Shown: positions 39,652 through 52,802 of the stretch, one piece after another | Position numbering within the stretch: position 1 is the first letter of the stretch | Layout of the letters: each line of letters begins with the position of its first letter | Source of the DNA: Dictyostelium discoideum | Taxonomy: Eukaryota | Assembly (NCBI GenBank): GCA_000004695.1 | Contig: CM000152.2 | Location: 5,216,001 to 5,280,000 of the forward strand | Reading direction: 5' to 3' | Length of the DNA stretch: 64,000 nucleotides | Translations under genes and position numbers: made by a program | Notes under the pieces: generated by a model | What the model was told of the DNA's origin: nothing | What the model saw: the letters and a program-made list of their open reading frames with translations, nothing else | The model's database searches: none

Positions 39652-40429
39652 TTTTTTTTTTTTTTGAATTTATTTTAAGTTTTTTTTTTTTTTTTTGTAT
39701 TTTTTTTTTGGTATTTTTTTTATTTATCTCTTTTTTATTTATCTCTTTTTTATTTATTATCTCTTTTTTATTTATCTCTTTTTTATATTATCTCTTTTTA
39801 AAATTTATCTCTTTTCAAATCAATTTTTTTTTTTTTTTAATTTAAATTTATGAAGAACCAAAAAAAAAAAAAAAATAATAAAAAAAAAATAAAAAAATAA
39901 AAAATTTTTAAAAAAAAAAAAATAAAAAAAAAAAAAATTTGTGTGACGATGGTGGTATCTTTTTTTTTTTATTATCCAGAAATTTTTATTATTTCCATTT
40001 ATGGATTTTTTAAGTAATCCAAATATGTGTTTGGTTTTATTTGAATGATAACACTTTAATAAATCCTTGATCAGAAAATCAATCTATTTAAAAATGATAT
40101 GTATTGCTTTGGTTTTTAATAATTTTTTTTTTTTTTAAGGATTTTTGATCAAGAAAAATATTAAAAATAAAGAAATAAAAAAGCGCCAAACAAACTGAGT
40201 TAGTTTTTTTTTTTATGATAAAATTTATTTTTTAAAATGGATTTGGTTAATTTCTTTAATTCTATTTATTTATTTATTTATTTTTTTTTTTATTTTTTTT
40301 TTTCTTTTTTTTTTTCTTAACATCACAATCACAAATATCATAAATTTTTTTTCTAATTTTTAATTTTTTTTTTCTTAATGATCATAAAAAAAAAATAAAT
40401 AAAGAATTTTAAAAAAATAATGATAGCAT

Positions 40430-40463
<34 letters not shown>

Positions 40464-40783
40464 ATAACAATTTTCATAATGCAAAATAATCCAAACAGAA
40501 ATAAAATAGATATTTTTTCATTTAACTTTTCAATTTTGTTTTTTTTTTTTTTTTTTTTTAAATTTTATCTCAAAAAATTGATTTTTTCACTTATTTATGG
40601 CAAAGGGGCAGTTAAACGTCTAACGAAAAAGATTTGGAAATTTATTTTTTTTTTAATTTTTTTTTTTTTAATTTGTTTTTTTTCAATTTTTTTTTTCGAG
40701 TTTTGTTAGATTCATTTTTTTAAAATTTTTTTTTTTTTTGTTAGAAAGTTAATCTCACAACTCTAATATATATATATAATAAA

Positions 40784-41636
40784 ATGAATAAGTTAACAAT
40801 TTTATTCTTAATTTTGGCTTTAATTTCAGTCATTTATGCTCAACACAAATGTAAGTTATTTTCATTTTTTTTTTTTTGTTACTGTTTTGGAATTCCTTTT
40901 TTTTTTTTTTTTTACCAAGTGGTACGAAAAGACGGAAATTAAAATTTTTTTTTTTAAAAAAAAAAAAAAAATCAGAAAAAAGATTTCGGTGTTAACATTT
41001 ATTTAAATAATGGTTTTTTTTTATTTTCTTTTATTTTATTTTATCTTAATTTAAATCAATATAGTCCCATCATCATCTGAAGATTCATCATCAAATGATT
41101 CAAATAGCCAAGTAACTGGTTCACAATCATACTCTGGTTCACAATCCGATTCAAACTCAGGATCAGAATCCCACACAATTAACACCGGTTCATCATATTC
41201 TGGTTCTGGTTCTGGTTCAAGTGGTATTTCAGGCGGTTGTAAGTATTCTTTAAATTCCTTAATAAGGAAAGAAAAAAAAAAAAAAAAAAAAAGAATTGTA
41301 GAAATTAACCAAATTCATTTTAAAAAAAATAGCTGGTTCAGGTTCAGGTTCAGGTTCAGGCTCAGGTAGCGGTTCAGGTTCAGGTTCAGGTGCTGTCAGT
41401 GGTTCACAATCAGGTTCAGGTGCTGTCAGTGGTTCACAATCAGGTTCAGGTGCTGTTAGTGGTTCACAATGTAATTATATTTTGAATTAAAATTAAAAAA
41501 TAAAGATATGTATTGACTCAAATTTTTTATTTTCTTATTTTAGCTGGTGTCCAAACTGGTTCACAATCAGGTGCTGGTAGTGCTTCAGGTGCTTTCACTG
41601 GTAACCCATGTAAGTATACTTTAAATATTTTTTAAT

Positions 41637-41689
<53 letters not shown>

Positions 41690-41884
41690 CAAGATAAATT
41701 AAAAAGCACATTGAAACTAACAATTAATTTATTATTACTTTTATTCTCTCTTTAAATAGCTGGTTCTCAATCTCAAGAAATTAATACTGGTTCATCATAC
41801 AGTGGTAGTGGTAGTGGTGCCCCAACTGGTGCCGCTACTGGTTCAGGTTCAGGTTCAGGTTCATCAGGAACAGTTTACTATTAA
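40784..41884 (+). CDS. secreted Ser/Gly-repeat protein; 5 exons (40784..40850, 41065..41258, 41333..41470, 41544..41609, 41760..41884), all introns phase 1
   Basis: Signal peptide '[22 protein letters not shown]'. Every exon ends '...T|GTAAGT' (one GTAATT) and every downstream exon begins 'AG|CTGGT', rebuilding a Ser codon. Exon 3 encodes '(GSGSGS)n [27 protein letters not shown]'. The protein ends '...[13 protein letters not shown]'. Intron 4 contains (TA)23 (41641..41686). Confidence 0.65.
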
Positions 41885-42025
41885 ATAAATTTTAAATTAT
41901 AACGAAATCATATTTTTCCAGTTTTCAAAACTTGGTCACGAAACAGTACTATTTCTTGACGATTTTTTATTTAATTATTGATGATACATTTATAGTTTTT
42001 ATAATTTTTTTAAAGAATTTATTAT

Positions 42026-45000
42026 TTAATTTTTAAAGATATAGTTTATATGATTTTGAATGATTTTTTCATTAACCATTCCTCCTTCATATGAGTTCAT
42101 TGATTGTAATAATTCTTTAGTTTTCTTTGAAACACCAAATCCATGACCCAAGTTATAAACACCATTGAGTCTATCTAATGAATGGAATGTTTTGAACTTT
42201 ATACATGATAGAATCTTTGATTGATTAATGATATTCTTCCATTGTTCATATTCAACCATTTCACATCCATATTGCTTTTCCAAGAATGAGAATGATGATT
42301 TAATTGATGAAACTTCACTATTTAAACTATAGATATTTAATTGATTTGAAGATGATTTATTCCAACATTTTTCATTTCCAATCATTTTAATTGTATTTAA
42401 ACCTATCCAACCAATTGGTGATGTTAATATGTTTTTATCAATATTTGGATACTTTTTAACTGCATAACATGATTGAATAATTAGTTGGAAGAAATCAGAA
42501 TCATGACCAATACCTGTTTCTTCATGTGAAAATATAATTGGTAGTCTAATTAACATTGATGGAATACCTCTTTTTGCTGCTTCTCTAAATAAATTTTCAA
42601 CAACTACTTTACTTTTCATATAACCACCTGGTAAATTATTAATATTTTCAATTGTTGGTATTACTGTTTCTTCATCAAATTCTTTACAATTTGGTGATTC
42701 AAAGAATACTGATATTGAACTAAATCCTACAATTGGTTTTTGATAATCACCAGTTGTTGAAAGTTTAATCAATTCAATTAAACCACCAATATTTACAACT
42801 TTACTCTCTTCATAATTTGATGCCAAATTAATATCGGCACCTGAATTAATTATTAAATTAATTTGGTTTGAAACAAAACCAAAATCTAATTTTGATAATC
42901 CTAATAATGGTGATGCTAAATTACCAACGATTACTTTAACTTTTGATAATTCAAATTCATTGTGAAAGTGATATAGTTTATGATGTTTCAAATTATTAAT
43001 TATTGCATTGATTGGATTTGGTTCTGATTTTTTATTTCTAATTAAACAATATACAACTGAACAGTTTGGTGATTTAATTAAGTTTGATAATAAATGAACA
43101 CCTAAAAATCCTGTTGCACCAGTTAAAAATACTTTTGAGTCATTTCTAAAATCAATTGGATTCATTTTAATTGCTTGAATTGATTCATCTAATTTCATTT
43201 CATTTCTCCAATATTCTAAACTTGGTGCTGAATCTTTTTTAATAATTTTTTTTGATTTTCCTTTAGTTTCATTTGAATCTAGTTTTTTGATTTGTTCTAA
43301 AATAATTTGAATATTTACTCCAATTGTATTATTTTGTAATTGTTGAAGTGTAATTACATTTGATTTATTTTCTTTATCAATGAAATTCTTTAATTGTACT
43401 GAAGTTAATGAATCTGCTCCATATTCACCTAAACGAATATCTGTGTTGATCTTTGATTGTTCAATTGATAAGAGTTCTGAAATTTTATTCAAAAATTTCA
43501 TTTGGATACTCTCTGAAATACTAATATTTTCACCACCATTATTATCATTATCTTTTTCCTTGATAGAATTTAAAATGAAATCTAATCTTTGGAAAGTTGA
43601 TGTTTCTGATGCGAATTTCTTAATTGAATCATAGTTAAATTTACTAACAATTAAATTTGAATATTTATTTGAATTTTGAAGTTGTAAATCTAATGAACCT
43701 AAAATTATATTTGTTGGAATTGGAATGAAACCTTGATCATCTAACATTTTTGAAACTGAATCATTTCTTGATACGAAACCTGATGATTTAATTGTTCCCC
43801 AATTTGTGCACGTTGATGGTAAACCAATTGATTTACGATATCTTGATAGTGAATCTAATACTAAATTTGCAGAAACATAAGTACATTGGTTGAATGAGCC
43901 AAATAATGATGCAATCGATGATGCCATAACAAATTGTTTTAATTTCCATGATTTCTCAATTGAGATTTCATGTAAATTAATTGCACCCATCGTTTTAGCA
44001 TTATGTGAAATATCTAATGATTCAATATCGATTTCTTCTACTTCTTTAGTTACTTGAGTGAACGCGTAATGGAATATTGAATCAATGTTATCAATATTTG
44101 GATTTTCTAATAAAATTTGATTAATTGATTTTCTCATTTCAATTGAATCACCAACATCTACGATCTTGAAATGGAACTTGGTGTTATTATCCTTTCTTGA
44201 TATTGTTTTATTGATTAATAGTTCTAACTCCCATTTTAATGATGATTTTGATAAAATGATAATGTTTTCAAATGATTCTGTTGGAGGTGAATATTTAATT
44301 AACCATTTTAAGATTTCTAAAATAATACCTGATTGACCTGTAATAATTATATTTTTACCAATTATATTTTTTGTATCAATTTTGAAATCATATTTTAATA
44401 TTGTATGATTCTTTTCATTGTTATCTGATTCAATGAGTTGATTTAATAATCCATCACTACCGATACTACCATTTGAACAACTATGATCTAATACAATTTT
44501 ACCAATATGTTTTCTTTGATTAATATATTCAATTGCTTCTTTGACATTTTCAATCTGGAATGTTGTTATCGGAATTAGTTTCACTTTGTTTTCATTTAAA
44601 GCATTTGAAATAGATTTTAATAATCTTGAAACTACTCTTTTATTAATATGCATAAATTCGATATTATGATAACTCTTGTTAAATTTGAAATTGTTGAAAT
44701 TTAAAAATTCATTGTTATTTAAATGGGTGATTGAGAGATCAATGATTTTACCTCTTTCTTTTAAACATAAAAAGTTTGAATGTGTAAATTCATTTGGTAA
44801 TGTATTTATAATTAAATCTACTCCGTTGAATTTACCAGTTGTACCATAAAGTTGATTTAATTTTGATTTGATTTCATTTACATAGTTTTTATTTCTTGAT
44901 GAATAAATTCCAGTTATGAATGATCCATAATTATCAATTAAATATTGTTCTTTATCTTTTGAACCTACTGTGACGAAAATTGGTGATTTATGACCTTTCC

Positions 45001-48000
45001 ATTTTAATATTTCTAATGTTGCTAAACCAATACCACCTGTTGCTGAGTGAATTAAAATGACTTCATCATCATCGATATTAAAATTACCAATGTTGAACAT
45101 ACCATGAAGACATGTTGAAAAAATGATTGGTAATGACGCTGCTTCAATATGACTAATATTATTTGGTTTATGTGAAACATAAAGTACATCAGTTATAACA
45201 TGAGATGCAGTTGCATCGTGTGATACACCAAAAACATTATCGCCTACTTTAAATTCACAATTTTTATTTTCATCAGATATTCTTGTGATAATACCTGAAA
45301 ATTCGAGACCAAGTGGATTTTTAGATATTGATACATTTTCATCAATAACAACTAAACCACGATAAATTAAATAATCTTTATAATTAATACCTGTTGCTAA
45401 AACTTTGACTTCAATTTCATTCTTTTTTAATTTCTTTGGTTTTGATGCTAATTTATATTCTAAATTTGTTGAATCTAAGAGTGTCATAAAATCATTATCT
45501 TCGAATGAATTTGAATTGAAGTTTGATTTTATATTCTTTTCATTCTTTAATATTTCATAATAAATTGAATTATTTCTAATTATATATTCTCTTTGAATAT
45601 GGTTATTTGAATTTTCAATCAATTGATTAATGATTTTATTTAATAATGATGATATCGATAATTGATTATCAAAATCGATTGAATATAGATTTAAACTTGG
45701 AAATTCATTAAAGTATCTTGATGCACCTATTATTGATGATGATAAATAGTTTTTGATTTGTGAATCAATAGTAATTAATACATGTTTACATGTTAAACTA
45801 TGTTTTAAAAGTTGTTGATTAATTTCAATATATTCCATTGTAATTTGTTTGAAATTATTCATTTCTAATTGTTCCATTGATTTAATAAAGTAAATTATTG
45901 AATCATTTGTTATTGAAGGTAATAGTTGATTAAATTCATTAATATTTGATATTGTTGTTTGTTTGCGATTGGTATGATTATTTGAAATTAATTTCTTAAA
46001 TTCATTTGTATATTTTGAATGTTTTTCACAATAAATGATAATATTATCATTTTTATTGTTTGGAACAACTGTTAATTCATTTGATAATATTGTAGATTTT
46101 TGTGATTGTATTACTTTGTTCGATTTCTGAATTTTGTTCTCATTAAAACCTACACCGATTAAATTATTGATATTAAATCGGATACCAATATCATCTTCAA
46201 TTATTAATAATAATAATCCATTTGAAGAAAGAATATTAAATATTGGTTTGATGATTGTTTCATCATTATTATTATTAATGATAATATCATAGTATGATGG
46301 TTTTAACTGGGTTATATCATTTTTAAAGATTAAACTTGAATCGTGTAAAGTTGGAAGTTTATCATTTGAATTATCAATAATTGTAAATTCTATATCGATT
46401 TCTTGTAAACTATTATCGAAAATTTGATTTAATGCTTCAATGATTTGTTTTGATAGTTCTGAATCTGAAAATGATTGTAAAATTCTAAAAACAATCTTTT
46501 CATTTATTATTGGTTTGATTGTTTGTTTAATAATTTCTGTAACTGTGTTGCTGCTGCCACTGCTGCTAGAAGTTTCATTATTATCAATGGATAAAATATT
46601 AACTAATGAATCTTTACATTGTAAATTATTTGTAAATAGTTCATTTGTAGGATTATTAAGTAATAATTCATCAATCAATGGAAGAGTTGAACGGAATGAT
46701 ATATGTTCTATTTCTAATAACTTTGTACCATCTTCTAATAAAACTAAAACTGATGATTTATAGCTATCTGCTTCCAAGGAGATGAATTTTGCTTGACAAT
46801 AGATATTCTTATATTTTAATTTGTCAGTTGGTATATTTTCAGAATAAACTTTTAAACCTTCAAGTCTTTCAAATACAAACTGGCTTGAATTTGTAATGAA
46901 TCCAGTGATGGCTTGTATACAGTTATCTAATAGCGCTATATTGAAAAATGATTTGTCAAATGTTTGATAAACAGGTTTACCATTGATATCAAAGTTTTCG
47001 TAGTTTATTTGTATTCTTGCAATTGTAAGATCATTGCCAAAGTGAAATTCTTCAATTCCTTGGAAAGTTCCTAAATGAGTGATACCTGATCTTAATTTAG
47101 AGTACTTATAAACTTCTTGTTTGGAAAGGGTAGTAAAATTACATTCTGATAGCAATTGATTTATATTATATTTAGATGAGTGATTATTATTATTATTATT
47201 ATTATTATCTTTTAATGATATAAGTTGAAAGTTACCAGTACATGTTTGAACCCATTGATTTGCTTTATTGTCTTTTATGTTGAATGTAACTCTATAATCA
47301 GTGTTACCTAATTGATAAACGTTGGTTTGTAAAATATGTTTGACATTTTCTTTTAAAACAAATGGTGCTAAAAATTCCAAGTTATTAATTACAATATCTT
47401 TATTTGGGTAAAGTTTCATAATATTATCAGCATATCCAATACCTGGGAAGTAATATTTTCCTTTTACAATATGGTCTTTTAAATATTTGAATGGATTTCT
47501 ATTTATATCGATTATTGATTCATATGATTTGTTATTTGATGAATAGTTAATCATTGATTTACCTAAGTTGTTGAAAACGTTTGGTCCATTTAATCTATAT
47601 TGTTCAAAGTTAATATCAACTTTCCAATAGTATTGTTCATCGAATTGATAGTTTGGTAAAATTATAGTGCTATTGTTTCTAATGGAATTGACATCATCAT
47701 CATTGTGATTGAATTGGCATTTAAAGTTTATATCATAACCTAAACAATAAATTTGTGAAATTGTTGAATGAATTTCATCTAAATCATTGGAGTTCTTTTT
47801 GTTTGTTGATGTTAATACTGAAACTGAATTAAAGTAACTTGATGATTTTGGTATCATTTGTTTTAAATAAAATGATAAACTTGGATGTGGTGAAACTTCA
47901 ATAAATATTAATTCATTACCAAGTTTATTATTTTCAATGTGTTGATATAAATTTGAAATAGTTTGAGAGAATCTGACAGGTTGTATTATATTTTCATAAA

Positions 48001-50453
48001 CATAACTTGAATTGAATGGAGTAGTTTCATGATTAAATAAATTAGTTGTAACTGTTGAAAATGTTGGAATTGTTGATTGTCTTGATGGTATTTCTAATGG
48101 TAAAATTTCATTTTTGGTTGAGTTTTGGCTACTTGTGTGGAATGATGATAATGAACCTAAAAATGCGCAAAAGATATTATTTTCTTTTAAGTCTAATGAT
48201 ATCTCTTTTAAAATATTTTCATTACCTGCAATTACAATTGATGTTGGTGAATTATAGCATGCAACTTCAATTGTTGGATATTTATTTGAATAAAGTTCAA
48301 TAAATTCTGAATGACTGATATTGACTGATAACATTTTACCACATCCATTTGTATTATTTTGAGAAATTGATCTGTGGTAAATTAATTTACAAACTGTTTG
48401 GAAATCTACCATACCTGAACAATATGATGTTGCTATTTCACCTAAACTATGACCAACAATGAATGATACATTGATACCCCAATGTTTGTATAGTTCAAAT
48501 AATGATATTTGTAACATTAATATCGATGGTTGAGCGATTATTGGTTGATGGATTGATATAATGTCATCATCTTTAATTGATCTTAATTTATCTAAAACTG
48601 AGTATCCATAGTATTTACTTAACTCTTTATTGAATTTGTCCATCGATGATCTGAATATTGGTTCACATTCATAAAGTTGTTGAGCCATTTTATTCCATTG
48701 TGAACCTTGACCTCCGAAAACAATAACAATCAATGGTTGATTTCTTTTAATTGTAATATTTGAGGATTTGTCATTGCTTGTTTTAAAGTACTTGTTTTTA
48801 GTTTTTAATTGATCCCAATTACTTGAAATTAAAACTGATCTTTGATATAGTTTCTTTGATTTTGAATAAATTTGATTCTTAACAAACTCTTTGAATGAAT
48901 TTGTAGAAAGATTATTATCATTTATTATTAAGTCTTCATAATTTTTTAATGATTTTACTGAATTGGCTGAAAATGGTATTAAAAATATTTGTTGTTGCGA
49001 TTCAATTGGATAACTAGGGTTATTACCATTTAGACTGATTGAGTGTTCAATAAATTGTGATAAAATTAAACAACAATTTGAGCCAGTTACACCAAAGTTA
49101 TTAATAACCATTGATACTGGTTTTTCATTAATATTTGTAAATGGTATTGCTTCTGTTACAACTTTAATATTCCAATCTTTAAAGTTAATCTTTGGATTTG
49201 GTTGATCAAAATTAACATTTGGTGCATAATGTTTATTTTTAAACATTAAACAACATTTGATTAATGATGCAACACCTAATATTAATATTAATATTTATAA
49301 AAAAAAGAGTTAAAAATTAATATATATATTTTTTTTTTATATGGTTTATAAATGGTTATAGCTTACCACTTGCAGCTTCACAATGACCAATATTAGATTT
49401 GAGTGATCCAATGAGTAATGGTTTAGATGGTGTTGATGTTGTTGATGAATTTAGAGCCATTGATACACCTTCTACTTCAATTGGATCACCTGTTGGTGTT
49501 CCTGTACCATGACATTCTACGAAACTAATATCTGATGCTTTCATATTTGCACTTTTCAATGCTAATTTGATATTATCAGATTGTGATTGTTTGGATGGTG
49601 AATAAAAGTTTGATTTATCATTTAAACCACCTCCATCGACATTTGAACTAAATGAATTAATTACACAATAAATATTATTACCATCTCTAATTGCGTCTGA
49701 TAATGGTTTTAAAATTACAATACCACAACTCTCTGCACGAATGTAACCATCTGCTTCTGAATCAAATGGTTTACATTTACCTTTTTTACTTAACATATTT
49801 AAAAATGAAAATGATTTTGAAACGTATGGATCAAGTAATAAACTGGCACCACCCACAATTGATAGATTTGAAGTACCATTTTGAATTGATTGAAAACCCA
49901 TTGTAATTGAATTCAATGATGAAGAACATGCTGTATCAATTGTCATTGATGGACCTCTGATATCATATGAAAATGATAATCTATTTGAAATGGTATGAAG
50001 AACATTTGATGCGAAATAATTTTCAGATGTTTCATTAAAGTCTCTATTTGTTGTTGAATAATCTAATGTTGAGCAACCAATGAAACAAGATGTATTTGAA
50101 CCTCTAATATCGATTGGATCGATGAATGCATCTTCTAATGCTTCCCATGTACACTTTAATAGTAATCTTGTTTGTGGATCCATTAGGGGTACTTCTGATG
50201 GATTGATTGCGAAATGAACTGGATCGAAATCACTCCATTCTTTTAATGGTAATAATCCACCAAATTTATTATTAACTTCACCGAGTAAATTGATATTGTC
50301 ACTCCATCTTTCTGATGTTTCAACAATACCACTGAATCCATTCTTTAAATTATTCCATAAATGTGAAACACTACCATTATTAATTGATTCTTTACCTTGT
50401 GGAATTCTAAATCCAATACCTACAATGGCAATTTCTTTATTTCCAAATTCCAT
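42026..50453 (-). CDS. type I iterative polyketide synthase, copy A (2778 aa); complement(42026..49275, 49367..50453); KS-AT-DH-linker-ER-KR-ACP-R
   Basis: KS: Cys '[13 protein letters not shown]' (about 49930) plus '[12 protein letters not shown]' and 'GHCEAASG'. A 91-nt intron (donor GTAAGC at 49366..49361, acceptor 'ttag' at 49279..49276, phase 1) lies just before '[19 protein letters not shown]'. AT: 'GQGSQW' and 'GHSLGE' (about 48440). DH: 'HxxxGxxxxP' as '[15 protein letters not shown]' (about 47460). ER (MDR): '[15 protein letters not shown]' (about 45035). KR: '[17 protein letters not shown]' (about 44335). ACP: '[14 protein letters not shown]' (about 43410). C-terminal reductase: '[18 protein letters not shown]' (about 43115) with about 390 aa beyond it. 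There is no obvious SAM motif in the about 600-aa DH-ER spacer. Confidence 0.9.
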
Positions 50454-50996
50454 TTTCTTTTAATACACTAAAAACATTGATTCCAATAGTTGCTGATTAC
50501 ATAACGAAGGGAATGAGAGTGGACAATTAATTTTTAATCTTTTTATTTAAAAATATGGTGCTTTTTTGTTTTGTAAGGAATGTTAGAAATTATTACTATT
50601 TATTTATTTATTTTTATTTATATTTTAATATTATTACCATAAACACTTGTGTAAATAAATACATACATATAAATTATTTTTGTTAATTTTTTAAAAAGAA
50701 AAAAAAAAATTTTAAAAAAAAAAATTTAAAAAAAAAATGAAAAAAGAAAAAAAGAAAAAAATTATTAATAAAAAAAAAAAAAAAAAATAGAAAAAATATT
50801 ATTTAATAATAATTTAGTGGTGGTTTAAAACAATATATTTAATTTTATACTATATGATTGTTTAAAACAATTTGGAAATTATATTCTTTAATTTTTGGTT
50901 AATTTTTTTTTTTTTTTTTTTATCTTATTTTTTTTTTTTTTATAATTATTCTAATTAATTTAATATTATGATTTAAAAATAAAAAATTAATATTTG

Positions 50997-51080
50997 AAAA
51001 GTGATTGGTGGTAAAAAAAAAAAAAAGTGATTGGTGGTAAAAAAAACTTACTTAACTTTTTTTTTTTTTCTTTTTTACCA
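50997..51080. repeat. direct repeat 'gtgattggtggtaaaaaaaa' x2 plus inverted copy 'ttttttaccaccaatc' (hairpin-capable), about 550 bp upstream of the PKS-A ATG
   Basis: Directly visible. Non-AT core 'gattggtgg / ccaccaatc'. Confidence 0.6.
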
Positions 51081-52487
51081 CCAATCTCTTTTCATATATT
51101 AATTTTATATTTTTAAATCATAATATTAAATTAAAAAAAAATAAATTTATTTGCACAGAAAACTTAACAAAATATTAAAATATAATAAATAAAATTTAAT
51201 TTTAATAAAAGCTGTTAGTTCTTTTTTTAAATTAATAAATTTTATTAAAAAATAAGATAAAAATTAAAAAAAAAAAAAAAAATATATATTCAAAAATTAA
51301 ACTTATTTTATAATTAAAAAAAAAAAACATATTTTATTAAAATATAATTAATACTAAAAAATAAGATAATATAGGAATGTTAAAAATTAATTAAATAATA
51401 AATATTTAAAATTTATTATTTAATAAAAATTATTAAAAAATAAGATTTATTATAAAAATGTAACTTTAAAAAAAAAAATAATAAAATATATTGAAAAATA
51501 AGATGTATAATAAAAAAAAAAAATTTAAACATTTTATAATTTTAGATTTTATTATTAAACATCTTTAAAAATAAGATAAAAAATTCGTATGATAAATTTT
51601 AATAATTATAATCTTCTTTTGTTGGCTATAAAAGTAAGTTTTTAATTTTATTTTTATATTTAATAATATCTATTATTGTTTCGTTTTAATTTATTTTTAT
51701 TTTTTTTAATTTTTGTTTTTATAATTATACAATATCTATTATTATTATTTTTAATTTTTATTTTTATATCTATTATTAATTCATTTTAATTTTTTTTTTT
51801 TTTTTTAATTTTTATTTTTATTATAATGTAAAAAATTATGGTCACCCAAGTAGAAAATTAAAAGAAATAAATTTGTAAAAAAAAAGAAGCATTATTTTAT
51901 AATTCTTTATCTCTTTCTTTTAAAATAGTACCTTTTGTTCTTTTAATTTTTATTTTTTTCACGTAACAATGATAGTTCTAATTACGTTTGTGTTGGCATT
52001 CTTAATTTCCAAGTTACGTTCAATTTGAGAAATGTTTCAGTCTTGAAACAGAAAATCATTTAAACCATTGCCTTGTAACCCTTACCAAAGGCAGAGAAGA
52101 AAACATTAATTACTCTTCAAGAATGGGTCAAAAATAGATATAATGTAAATTATTTATGTATTATTCAATATACTAATTTTTAAAAAAAAAATATCATTTT
52201 TTATACTAATTAAAAACTAATATCATTTTTTTTCTCCATATTATATATTTTTTATTATTTTATATATTAAATATATTATAATATAAAAATATTATATTAA
52301 TTTTTAACAATTTTCTTTGGGCTCTATAAAGCTCCCCACAAAACCATTTCCAAGTCAATCTCCTGCTGATTCTGCTGGTAAATGAATCAGATTCCGATTT
52401 AAATTAACCAAGCAATAAATTTTTTTTTTTTTATTATCAACTGTCTCATCAACTTCCAACAACAATTTCCTCCATTATTTGTATCAT

Positions 52488-52600
52488 TATTGTATCATCA
52501 CTGTTTCATTATAATAAATAATAATAATAAAATTTTCCAATATTTTTTTTTATTATTTATTATAATGAAACGGTAATGATACAATAATGATGAAACAGTA
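52488..52600. repeat. imperfect about 45-bp inverted repeat ('tgtatcattattgtatcatcactgtttcattataataaataat ... attatttattataatgaaacggtaatgatacaataatgatgaaacagtaatgataca'), 200-300 bp 3' of PKS-B
   Basis: Directly visible. Arms are about 80-90% complementary with a short spacer. Confidence 0.55.
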
Positions 52601-52802
52601 ATGATACAATTATCAATCAATAATCATATCTTAGTTAAACTAATTAATTTTTATAATAATTCATAATATTTGTAAATATTAAATTAAAAAAAAAAAAAAA
52701 AAAAAAAATAATTTAAAAATAAATATGGATAATAAAAATTTAGGTGGTGTAAAAAAGGTGCTTTGGATTTTAAGAAAAATGAAAAAACTAAGATTTGTTT
52801 AT

